The notes beneath the pieces are model-generated. The model was not told the DNA's origin, ran no database searches, and saw nothing but the letters and a program-made list of their open reading frames with translations. The position numbers and the translations under genes were made by a program. A stretch of 63,612 bases of DNA, counting the filler, from Diploschistes diacapsis (taxonomy: Eukaryota), in NCBI GenBank assembly GCA_023645945.1. It is 17 parts of 17 records of this genome, joined end to end, with 100 filler letters (N's around TTAATTAATTAA, not from the genome) between each part and the next. Parts side by side here need not be neighbours in the genome. Positions count along the whole stretch, not along the records: positions 2,923 to 23,779 come from JALAIB010000324.1; positions 23,880 to 25,239 come from JALAIB010003240.1; 15 more parts are not named here. One strand, given 5' to 3'. This document shows, one piece after another, positions 12,683 through 24,320 of the stretch. Numbering within the stretch: position 1 is the stretch's first letter; each line of letters begins with the position of its first letter.

Positions 12683-14055
12683 TTATACAAAAGCCTGAAT
12701 GCCGGTGATAGCACGTCCGAGAATCAAGCCTTGGGAAAATTAGACGCCTTCTTGAGTACAGCACTCTGCACTTACTGTGAATGTCACTTTGTCCTTCATA
12801 GGTCTGAGTCACGAAGAGGTTTGCGACATGCCTGCCGATATGATACTCGTCGCTAACAGCATTTCCGCCAAAGACCTCTTGCAAACTGGACATCATCAGC
12901 CCATTGTCGAAGTAAACGGAGGGAGTGCACTCACACTCGCGCATTGACAAGAGCCCTGTCACAGTTTTGTCTCTTGATCATCGAGATCATCTCGGGTGCT
13001 ACCTTACCCTGATCCTTTAGCCGTCCAACCTGAGTCGCTGCAAGAATTCCATAGGCGGCGTCTGTTGTAGCGTCTGCTAATTTCTTCTGAACCAGCTGAT
13101 ACTTCGCAATAGGGTTGTTCTTGAATTGCCGGCGTTCTAGAGCATACTCCCTGGTTCTGGCTATGCAGTCTTCGAGAGCGCCTATCGTCCCCCAGGCAAT
13201 GCCAAACCGGGCCGAGTTGAGACAAGTGAACGGTCCTTTGAGGCCTTCGACTTCGGGAAACATATTTGCTTCTGGCACAGGACACTCATCGAGCTGGATC
13301 ATTCCCGTGATTGATGCTCGAAGACCATTCTTGTTCTTGAGGGGAGGCGTTTCTAGCGTACCAGGTGGACATTCTTTCCGGTCTATCAAAAACCCTCGAA
13401 TCTTCCCCGTACTTTGAAGCTTCGCCCAAACGAGCATCACATCAGCTATAGGAGAGTTGGTAATCCAAGTCTTGGCCCCAGATATCGATAGATAACCCTT
13501 CTTTGACGGATGCGGTTTCGCCATAGACTCCATTGAGCCCGGATCAGAGCCGTGGTTCGGTTCTGTGAGACCAAAACATCCAAGCAGCTTCCCTTTGGCC
13601 ATTTGAGGTAGATACTTTTCCTTCTGTTCCTCCGTCCCAAATTCTGCTATACCTCCCATCACGAGCGAGCTTTGCACGGACATGCCAGAACGGTACCCAG
13701 AGTCCACTCGCTCGACCTCTCTGGTAATCAGTCCCGAAGCAACGTTGCCAACACCTGCACACCCATATCCTTGAATCGTGGGGCCAAGGAGCCCCAATTC
13801 CCCCATTTCTTCCAAAATTGATTTGTCGTAGTCTTCGTTCCGGTAGGCCTCCAGAACCCGGGGCAACATTCGCTCTTGACAATATGAATTTGCCACATCC
13901 TGAATTTGTCGTTCTTCTTCCGTGAATAGACTCTGAGAATCCAGTGGATCTTCCCAGTTGAAGGTCGTAGCAAATCGCTTGGTATTGAGAGGGGCCGCAA
14001 CACTCCGGGTGCGGAAGGCGGGACGGACAAGAGATGCGACACGGCTTTTGAGCAT
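12683..14055 (-). CDS. Mitochondrial glutaryl-CoA dehydrogenase; exons 14055-12935, 12885-12776, 12729-12683
   Basis: Acyl-CoA dehydrogenase motifs [61 protein letters not shown]. Arg-rich presequence MLKSRVASLVRPAFRTRS. Confidence 0.95.
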
Positions 14056-14464
14056 TATGATGGAGAACTTGAAGCTGTTCACTGGACCTAGAACAGCGCA
14101 AAGAATAAAGAATGTAAACTATGGAAGACCCCAAGGCCTTCCCTTTTCCTACAAACATACCTACTTATTCCCCACAACTTGCCTCGGCGGCTGCCAACCA
14201 GCCAAACGACGTCATTATAACTATCGTGACAACTGCTAGGGATCTCGAAATGAAATTCGCGGTTTTGAGCTTGGGAGCTATCGTGAGAAACAGTTGTGCA
14301 AGAGTAGCGTAGAGAGGTGCGCTTTCTGTCACTGTTTCGGCATTGTCCGCAACGAGAGGATCAACGCTCCCCAAGAGGTCCGCCAAAGGTCCGACAGAGG
14401 AAACGAAGACAGCGATACACATTTGTGCAAACTGTCACCGTTCGGGTTTGGGCTCACCCTGCGC

Positions 14465-16340
14465 ATGCTTCGCATGATGTTGGGACATGGGCAGCATGCC
14501 ACAAAAGCTCGTCTTCATCATTTCCCCAGCTTGTTGAATCCCATCTCCCGAAGCCAGAACAAGACAGCGTCTCTCTCGTTTGCTACGGCTGCCGTTCGCG
14601 TCGGCGGTTCACTCAGGAGGCGACCGCTCCTCACTCCAAGCAATAAATGCCTCTTTCGTAGCTAGTAAGTATCGCCCTGTCAGCCGGGCTCATACTTACA
14701 AGCCACTCCTGCTTACAGATCAGTAGACCTGGATCCTTATGTATACACAGAAGGAAGATGGCTACGCAATAACCAGTTGCAGCGTAATGCGCGCTACATC
14801 AAATTTGACTTGGATGCTCTTTGTAAAAGGGTCCTTGAGCTCTGTCCTGATGCAGTTTCCATTAAGAGCTGCGTAAAGAAGGAAGGCGGGAACAATCGGG
14901 TATTTATATTCTCATTTGATAGCGGAAGGCGTGTTGTAGCCAGGCTACCTACGTGCGTAGCTGGGCCTCCTAGCCTGACCATCAATTCGGAAGTGGCTAC
15001 CATAAAATATCGTGAGTAAACAACTTTCGAAAGTGCAGCGGCTAAGCCTTAGCTTTAGTACAATTCAAAACCGCTGTGCCGATTCCAAAAGTCCTCGACT
15101 GGAGCGAAGACCCGTCAAACGCCATTGGGCACGAGTATATCATCCTGGAACACGCTGCTGGTACTCAGCTGCACCAGAGATGGCCGGCGATGAACGGAGT
15201 ACAGCAAATCAGATGTATCAAAGCGATATTTGAGGAGATAAAGCAAGTCGCAGCACTCAACTTTCCAGCGTACGGAAGCTTGTATCTCGCCAATGTCCCT
15301 ATCGAGTCAGATGCCAAAATACACCTCGACTCAGGCTTTTATATTGGGCCTCACTGCGGCACTAGATACTGGGACTGCCATGTTGGGGAGGCCAGATATT
15401 ACAACGTGGTCAAACCTAATCGAGGTCCATGTAAGTTTCCACGGCCTCAAAATCTTCTTCAAACATAATGGAACTTCTAGGGTCTACCTTTCCCGCATAC
15501 TGCGATGGTCTTATCGACGTCGGCCTTTCGCGACTACCAGGCGACGATACTACCCCGAACAAACGGTCTTTTCAAGGATCCGTGAAAACTCATGCAGCAC
15601 TGCTAGATATTGGGCGCCAGGTTATTCAGAAGATGGCCGAAGATCCTCGAATGCAGGAAGTAGCCATCCCAACTCTTTATCATCCTGATCTACATGCAAG
15701 AAACATTTTCGTGTCAGATGATGATCCAACTGTTGTAACAGGCTTCATTGATTGGCAGTCATCGAGCATCGAGCCAGCTTTTGAATACGCCGACGAAACA
15801 CCAGACTTTGCAGCTCCTGCATCGGAGTTTTCGGAAGAAGACGAAGACCCGAAAAGTAATGCTGTGCTTTGCAGAACTATCTTTGATGCCTGTGTGCATG
15901 GCCTCATACCGAAGCTGTCTGCTGCAAGGCGTATTGACGAACTCCTGCTGCAGCCCTTCCGCTTCTGCCATAGAACCTGGAAAGACGGTGCCGTGGCTTT
16001 CAGGCACCGGCTGATTGGTATGTCAAGGTATTGGAAGGACTTGGACCTGGCAGGCTCTTGTCCCTATAAACTCCCTACCTCAGATGAAATTCGTGTCCAC
16101 GAAGATGAATATGAAAGCCTCGTAACAGCGCGGAAGGTTCTAGGACACTCAATGAACCTCCTGGACGTTCCATCCGATGGCTGGGTTCCAAGGGATCTGT
16201 GGGAAGCAAAGAAAGAGGCCAATAGAGAGGCGTTTTACACGTTTCTGGACATGGTAAAGAATGCCCCAAGCGCCGGTGATCGGTCGATGTCCCAGCACGA
16301 GGAGGATTTGAGGAGCATATGGCCTTTCGACATTGAATAA
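14465..16340 (+). CDS. APH/choline-kinase-like phosphotransferase (Aim9-like); confident exons about 14724-15011, 15059-15430, 15481-16340; 5' exon uncertain
   Basis: YTEGRWL, EGGNNRVFI, VVARLP, SEVATIKY, PIPKVLDW, EYIILE, Brenner-type LYHPDLHARNIFV, IDWQ, C-terminal WPFD. Introns GTGAGT 15012 and GTAAGT 15431 restore the frame. Confidence 0.85.
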
Positions 16341-17834
16341 ACACGCACAACGGTGACTAGACGTTCATCCCGTCAATGGGCCGCTGGATGCCGAGAATCT
16401 TGTTACGGACGGGGCGGCTGCTCTGAATGGAATCATGTACTCATGGCCTTCCATTATGCAAGATTTCAAAGCCAACTGCTCTGTTCCCTTTGATCGTGTT
16501 GGGACTTATAATTCAGAGCTATCTATCGATGCTAGTAAGCTGAAACATGGAACCTCGCCTCGGATATATCCAGCTAATACCCCTAGCGAGCCCAGTATCT
16601 GAAGCCTGGAATACCGAGCGATAAGCGCCCGCGGTAAGCAGGAATCCCCCATTCGGGAATTAGAACAGGCGATAGCGAGCCACTGTGAGATGCTTGATCG
16701 ATTGTGGCTGCATGGCCGATTGTTTCGTCTAGTCGGCTAGCTCGAGTGCTGCCGGATCGACGGGCCACTCAACTGGCATTAATCTCTTGGTTAGCTCCAG
16801 TCGCCCTGAAAGCAAGCTGTGAGCTGTGCATGAGGTTTTTTTTCCGTTTCCTTCTGCTCGTTCTTGAAGCTGTCATGGGCTTTTTACACGAAGGGAATGG
16901 TCGTTTGAGCTTCGTCGCCGCTGTTTTAGACACGGATTATGGGTACTTGGACGTTTGTTCGATTTGTGACCTTACTTTCCTTACGTTATGGCTGCTTGAG
17001 ATTTGGGAGGGATTTGATGTTTTAGAGCTGCCGATCGAACACAGATTCTAAGGGACGTTTGGGGCTTTGCGAGTTAAAACTGTAGTCCCATAGGTTTCTA
17101 GAATTTACATGGATCAGTTTCCCGGGAATTTCATAATCTCAAAGCTTTTAAGCGAATAAGACAATCGGAGAGAAGCCGAAGACACTCAAGAGTGATTAGT
17201 TGGTAACAGAGGTTTTAACTTTATAAAGCTTTAGATTCAACAGGATTAAATCGACCCAGGTAGAGAGCAGCGCTTGTTTGTTGACGAATTGATCAGAATG
17301 ATTTAGCTCCTTGTAGGGGTTTGAATCAAGCACAATACCGGACGCGCGCTTTTCTAGATACTGAATAGACCAGTGTTATTGATTTTTGGGGGAAACAAAC
17401 TGGCCAGAACTTGTTCAATTCCGTAGGGCTCGGTCTGAGAAGGGGTAACTGTGAGGGCGGCAATCTAACGGCGCTGGTATTGCGGAGCGGGACGATGATA
17501 AGGGCGGGAGTTGATAAATAGCGAGAGAAGAGAGAAGAGGGACGAGAGACACAAGGCGAGGGTCGAAAAGCGAGGAAAGTAGGAAAGTAGGAGGAGGTAA
17601 CGTGGCGCAGGTTGATCAGCATAAAGAAAAAAAATGAAAACCTGTAGAACGAACGGTATAGACATAGACATGGAAGTACAGAAAAAGTTAAAGGTCACTT
17701 AAACTCGACAAGGCTCGTTAAACTTTTTTGAAGGAATCCCGTCCCCAAAGACAACGCGCAACCTACACGCACCCTCCTCGCCTCTGCAGGAGAGAGAGCC
17801 TCCACTTGCAGAGCAGAAAACCAACAAACACACC

Positions 17835-19139
17835 ATGGGGATCAAGCAACTCGCTCAGGTCATCAAGGAGCATGCTCCGGACGCCATCAAGCTTGGAGAG
17901 ATCAAGAACCAATTCGGCCGCAAGGTGGCTATCGATGCGTAGGCTGCTCGAATGAATAGTAGAAGAGCTTGATATGCTAACTGGGGGGTTGTGGTTGTAG
18001 CTCCATGAGTATCTATAGCTTCATGGTAGCAGTACGCTCTCAAGGCGAAATGCTCACGAATGAAGCTGGTGAGACTACTTCTCATCTCATGGGCATGTTC
18101 TACCGCACGATCCGCATCTGTGATAACGGCGTCAAGCCTCTCTATGTCTTCGATGGCGCACCGCCAAAGCTCAAGTCCGGCGAACTGGCAAAGCGCTTCC
18201 AGCGTAAGGCCGAGGCCCACGAAGCCCACGAGGAGGCAAAGGAGACCGGCACTGCTGAGGATATGGAGAAGTTTTCGCGCCGCACAGTCAAAGTCACCAG
18301 GGAACACAACGACGAGTGCAAAAGACTGCTGCAGTTGATGGGCATCCCTTACATTGTTGCACCCACAGAAGCTGAAGCTCAGTGCGCCGTCCTGGCAAGG
18401 GCCGGGAAGGTTTACGCTGCAGCTTCCGAGGATATGGACACCCTTACCTTTAATGCACCTATCTTGCTTCGTCACCTTACCTTCTCGGAGCAGCGCAAAG
18501 AGCCTATCCAAGAGATACATCTTGATGCAGTCCTCGAAGGACTCGGCTTTACTCTCCATCAGGTAGGCTTCTCCGACAAAGCTACATGGCAAGCATGACT
18601 AATCTCAAGCGCCCTAGTTTATCGATCTCTGCATGCTTCTAGGCTGTGATTATCTTGACCAGATCCCCAAGGTTGGCCCGTCAACAGCCTACAACCTGAT
18701 CAAAGATCACGGCTCTCTCGAAGGTGTGGTTGACTTTATGGAAAAGGATCCGAAGAAGCGCTACACTATTCCAGAAGATTGGCCATATAAAGAAGCCCGC
18801 GAGCTCTTCCTCAATCCAGATGTGCGTTCCGCAGACCATGAAGACTGTAACTTCCAGTGGACCGCACCCGACATCGAGGGCCTTGTTCAATTTCTTGTCG
18901 TTGAGAAAGGCTTCAACGAGGACCGCGTTCGCTCAGGCGCCGACAAGCTCAACAAAAACATGAAGGTTGCGCAGCAGAGTCGTCTCGAAGGTTTCTTCAA
19001 GACTGTTCCCAAGACAGAGGAGCAGAAGAACGCCCACAAGCGCAAGGCAGAGGAGAAGAGGGATGCGGCCAAGAAGAGGCAGAAGCAAGATGCTAAGGTG
19101 AAGAAAGAGGCCAAGGCGAAGCCAAGAGGTACGGGTTAG
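17835..19139 (+). CDS. fen1: Flap endonuclease 1; exons 17835-17938, 18001-18562, 18618-19139
   Basis: [63 protein letters not shown] box QSRLEGFF, basic C-tail. Confidence 0.97.
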
Positions 19140-20567
19140 ATATTACAGCTGGTTGAAAAGAGAGGTAATAAGCTACGAGTGATTTCGGGACCCAGCAAGA
19201 AACCTAGAGATGACCCCCCGAAGAAGCAACGTGGAATGACAAACGCGAGGCCAGCTCGTACTGGCTACAACTCGCAATATTTATACTCTAGCTTTGAGTT
19301 TACGAGTGCAGACCGACGCCAGCTCTCTTCCGGAGTGGGTATGATGGTGTGTTGGAAAAGAGTGATTGTTGGTTAGCTGGGTTAGTCCAGCCTTTGCTAG
19401 ATAGCGAAGAAGACTAGATGAAGGGCTTGGGCTGTGAATGCATCAAGTTGTTACGACGCAACGCCAGCCACTCAGGACATTTGCTGTGATCACTAACTTG
19501 AAGGGTACGAAGCTTGATCCAAGGCCTATGCAAGCCTGTAATGGATATGGAAGAGGATGGTGATGATGATGATGATGATGATGTGCCTGAAAAGGTGATG
19601 TAACCTTCTGAATTTGAAGCGGGAATCACTCTTGATAAGTGTTGATGATATCTACAATTTCCACTTCTTCTACTGCAAGGCCTGTTGTGCTCAAAACTCA
19701 ATGGTGAATAGCGAGTATCTGCAAGGCTGTCTGGTCAGAGTTCCCCTGCCAGTAAAATTGGTGCAATGTTTTGATTATCACATTTTAGGGGTTCTTCTTG
19801 TGCAATATACAGAAGGTCACTGGTTGCGGCATGCAATCTACAGCTCTTGAAAGTCAAGAGACCGATGAGGTTCATATTTATAAATCCCGCCAACTTGAAG
19901 CGCCACGACAGTGAGCTTCTTCATATGCTAGCAATCTTCTCATATGCACGGCCATTCTGTCTACGAGCACGGATGTTGTGAGTAACTAGGTTCGATCCAG
20001 GTAGTGGAAGGGAGTGGCTTTCTTCAGAACACTCGTGCCCCTTTTTCATATTGTCAATCATTTCGAGAATTCACTCGAGGAATGTTTCTGCAAGACGTAG
20101 CAAAGTCACGGGCTTGCGCCAAAGAAGCCGAGCATACATTCCCTACAGCATTCTCCCCCGAGATTCCCTCAGCTTCGTGACTCTACGCAGTGAGTGTCGG
20201 TTCATTGCTACTCAGCGTCACAGCTCAGAGGCCCTTGGTCGTTCAGCTTGACTCAACCAGCTTTGTCAAGCTGCTTCGCTCAGATCTCGATAAGTATCAT
20301 CGTACATCAGCTTCTTCCCTCCTCTTCCATCTCATACTTATTACTCTTTTTACTCTTTTCTTGTATGTCAAGTTGATTTTGTCGCTTTTTGCATTCATAA
20401 CTTCGACTCCTTCGCCTTCGCTCGACCGCTTATTGCTCTTCGCAGCCCTGGTGGCTTCTCTATCTTCTTCATCTTCATTGCTTCATTGCAGGAATCACCC
20501 GAGTCTCTCTTTTCTTGTCATACCTTATAGGCATTCATATAGGTGGAAGTAATCAATTGGAATCACT

Positions 20568-23500
20568 ATGTCCGAAAACTTCGCGCCAGTCGCTACCGAT
20601 ATCAGGAGCGGAACCGAGGAAACAGGATCGCCCAAACAGGGCAACAGAGACAACAGCCGCAAGAGACCGGCCCTGGACGATGCCAATAAGCAGACCATAG
20701 AGTGAGGGAACAGAAAGATCTGTCTTTTGGAAGCTTTTCGAATGCTGATACTTCTACGGTCCTCTTAGCGAATGGACCTTTGATCCTCCGGGCCAAGTCA
20801 AGAGACGTAAGGTGGTGCGCGACAGAGCAAGGGCGCCCTCGTTACCAGAGCCGCCAGAGTAAGTTGGCTATCCTATTACTATTCATGGAAGCTGACACTA
20901 ACGCAGGGCCTCCAATTTCCATCAAGACGTAGTCCGGGAGGGGGGAGAACATATCGAAGAATCCGCCCTAGAAAGTGCAGCTGGAAATGAAACAGGACTA
21001 TGGTTGTAAGGAAACGACAAGAAGCGAAGTACAGCACTTTTCTGATCTCATGTAGACTTGCCAAGGGGCTCCATAGTGTTTTGCCAGAACTTATCCAATC
21101 GCACTTCGATCAATCTGCGTTCAATTGTGATCCTGCCCTCCGGCCAGGCTACCAAGGGAAACAGCCTGATCACCAAGGAGAAGTACAGGGCTACCATGGG
21201 GAAGTGCCTGGCTTGCAGAAAGAAGAGCGCTTTGCCCAACAGGGAGAAGCATTGGCTTACCAAGGAGAAACAGCCAATCATGTAGTGGAATCTGCGAATA
21301 GGTCGACAAGCTTGTAAGTGTCTGCATCTCATAATAAGCAAGGTCATATGTTTAATTGTCGCTTCTGTAGACAAGCATCCTTGTTCTTGCCCTACTTCGA
21401 TACCTCAATTGCTCAAGTAGATACGGAAGGCTTACTGCAACGGCACAGTCGCCAAGGACGAGCTCTTTTCACGACGTATCCTAGCTTCGCACAGGAGCTT
21501 GAAACCGAGAAGTTGGTACTGGAAGAGACGCCTGACTTTAGCTATGCTATAGGGGACGAACCCGGAGGCGGACCTAGAATCGATCAACTTATCATGCCTG
21601 CCTATCGCTTTGACCCACGCCACAAAATGGGAAAAGAACTTGTCGACCTCTCCTTTGATAACTTTATGCCCGCGGAAGATAGGGAAATCTGTAAGCCGTA
21701 TGAGGCGAAGAGGTTCGTCATTCACACTCTGTTCATTGCGTTTGGCAAGCTAGGCTTGACCCTTGATATGGGCTGTTCCACAGTTCATCGAATCCTGACC
21801 ACGAATATCCCGAATGGCCGCCCCAGTGACAGACTCTTCAGCTTCAGCCAGGAGACGGTCGATCGGGATGAGAAGCAGTTTATCACTGCTGTTAATAGGA
21901 AAGCCGACTTTCAAAGTGCTTGGTGTGAAGTTCTGGAGCGTAATATTTTGACTAGACACGCTGTCTGGCTGTTAGCAAGGGCGCTCATCAACCACCGAGT
22001 TGGACCTTACTACTCTCACCCTGATCTGGTTGCGAATATCGGAGGACTTTGTCAGACCTTGGATCTCCTGGTACGCAAGGCACTAAATGAGGCAAACCAA
22101 GAGGACAAGCAACAGGCTTATCAAGATTGGTCCAAAGAAGTGAATACATGGGAGAAGCATCGGCACGCGATGAATCTATCCGGATACAAAGCACCCAACA
22201 ACTCACTTGACGGAACATCTTCTTCCTTTGGGGGATTGATCCGGACCAACTGTACAAAAGAAAGAGTTTCACAGGACACGTCGGTTCTCGTGAAAAAACA
22301 ATTACCACTTCGTGGAATAGCTGACCTGAACACAAGCACTCTTTCCACTACGGCCACCCCCCCGACATTAAGTGAACCATCCTCCTTATCTCAAAGTCCC
22401 CTATCACAAAGAGCGAGCCACCTATCTCGAGTATCCACCTTCCCACATCTACCGTTCTTTGCCAGCCTGGTCCATCTTGTCAATATGAACTCGAACAACA
22501 GCTCCCACCAGCAAGGAGGAGGCAATCTTTTTAACCCCTATGCTTCAAACTTTGGTCAGCAGAGCAACCCTTACCAACCCTACCCCGGAAACAGCTCACA
22601 AGCATACCAGCACGTCGTCCCTCAGAAGTAAGTGCAAGCTTTTCACTGCCGCATCCTTACCTCTTGCCTGCCTCTCTTCTCCTCTCTCACGCCATCCCTC
22701 AAGACTCAACCTTTCTCTCTGTGCTGCTCTTTCCAGCAACTATAACTCACCACAAACACGGCAGTGCACCTTCCCAAGCCACCGACCGTATGCCAGGCGT
22801 GTTCACGGCCCCCGTCGACAGTCCGTACGCTACCGGAAATCCATACGCCATGGGCAATCCATACGCGGAAGCGAATTCTTATGTTCCCCCTAACCCGCAC
22901 AATCAGCGGCGCACCGACCTCATGTCAGGGAACGAACGACCTCGAGGCATGGCCACCCCCACACGCCCTGCAACGACGCCACAAAGCCCTTTCAGCCAAC
23001 GAAGCACTTCTTTTCCGCGACCCGCATCCGGCCCCGCTCCACAAACAGACACAAACACGAATGTCACCTACAACCAGAGCCGGGCAGCACCCCAGGGCTT
23101 TCAACCACCCAGTCGCCAAGGAAGGGGCCGCCAGAATCCAGATAGAAGCGCGACACCCATGCCTGGAAGCTCGGGGGGTGCAAGGGCGAGTCCTTTCCGC
23201 TCGCCGGCTTCATCGCACGTGACGCCGCAACGGTCGCCAACGACGGGGAGAAGAAGCCAGGCGGCGCAGCGATTCCAACCCGCGCTCCCTGCAGCGCCCT
23301 ACCACACCCCACGCGCCCTGAGCGCCCTGCCGAGCCCAAGCATGTGGCCGAGCTCGGTGCCCCGCCAACGAGCTCCCATCGTTCCGCCCATGGCCGGACC
23401 CGCCGGCTCTTCCACACGCCCTTCCGCATTCTCTGCCAGCTCCCACCAGCACGCGCACACGCACACGCCCGAGCCACGCGCCACCGGCAGCAGCAACGAC

Positions 23501-23779
23501 AACAACAACAACTACCTGACAAGCGACTGGCTGTCGCCGCACGCTCCCAACCGCACCCTCTCGTCATCCCGACCGGGCGGCAGCGCAGGCCCCACGAGTC
23601 CCTCCGGCTCGAACGCGGGAAATAACAACCGCTGGGCCCACGGCCTCGAGCGTGAGGAGATGCCCGGCTGGCTGGAGGACCTCACGTGGGACGAGCTGGT
23701 GGGGGCAGGGCCGGGAGAGACGGGAGAGGAGGCGAGAGCCTCCAAGAGGAAGAGGAGAAGAAGGGGGAGGGAGAACTCC
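20568..23779 (+). CDS. Uncharacterised 6-exon protein, 3'-truncated (exons 20568-20701, 20769-20858, 20907-21005, 21056-21313, 21371-22627, 22765-23779+)
   Basis: Five short GT-AG introns (GTGAGG, GTAAGT, GTAAGG, GTAAGT, GTAAGT) join everything into one open frame that incorporates ORF-track entries 21000, 21318 and 22664. No family recognised. Confidence 0.7.
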
Positions 23780-24184
23780 NNNNNNNNNNNNNNNNNNNNN
23801 NNNNNNNNNNNNNNNNNNNNNNNTTAATTAATTAANNNNNNNNNNNNNNNNNNNNNNNNNNNNNNNNNNNNNNNNNNNNCGACAATATATATTACCTGTT
23901 AAATCCCGTTATATCCGATACCATTAGTACTAATTAATTCGAATATTATTAAGAATTTATTAACTTAGCGAAAATACTTAATAATATAATAATAATCATA
24001 ATTAAATAATTACGTCATTATGATTATATAATCCTTAATTAATTATTATTATTAATATTATTAATATTATATTAAATTCATTTATTTTTTTGCTTACGTA
24101 ATATATTAGTAAAAAAATGATTGGCCTCGCCATCTTCGCCAGCTTTCGCCAGCTTTCGCCAGTTTTGCCAGTTTCGCCAGTTTC

Positions 24185-24320
24185 TGAAACGCCAGCGCAG
24201 GAATGGGATACTACACTACCGGGGGCTGGGCCTGATCCGGTGAGATTACGTGTAGCTGGGCATCTGCAGGTAAAAGGTCTCGATTCGAAAAGCTAGAGAA
24301 GAAACTATCTAGGTGGGAGG
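24185..24320 (+). mobile_element. LTR family B fragment, cut off by a family C element
   Basis: Shares ATACTACACTACCGGGGGCTGGGCCT..GATTACGTGTAGCTG..GATTCGAAAAG..AACTATCTAGGTGGGAG with 34861-35068 and 35304-35441. Confidence 0.75.

Noticed and set aside
16400..17720. Gene divergent from fen1 on the minus strand
   Set aside because: There is a pyrimidine-rich leader-like tract, but I could not build a convincing spliced ORF or RNA-gene motif. It needs RNA-seq.
19945..20010. GGTTCGATCC B-box-like motif as a tRNA gene
   Set aside because: No A-box or D-arm at the right distance, the T-stem is mismatched, and there is no 7-bp acceptor stem.
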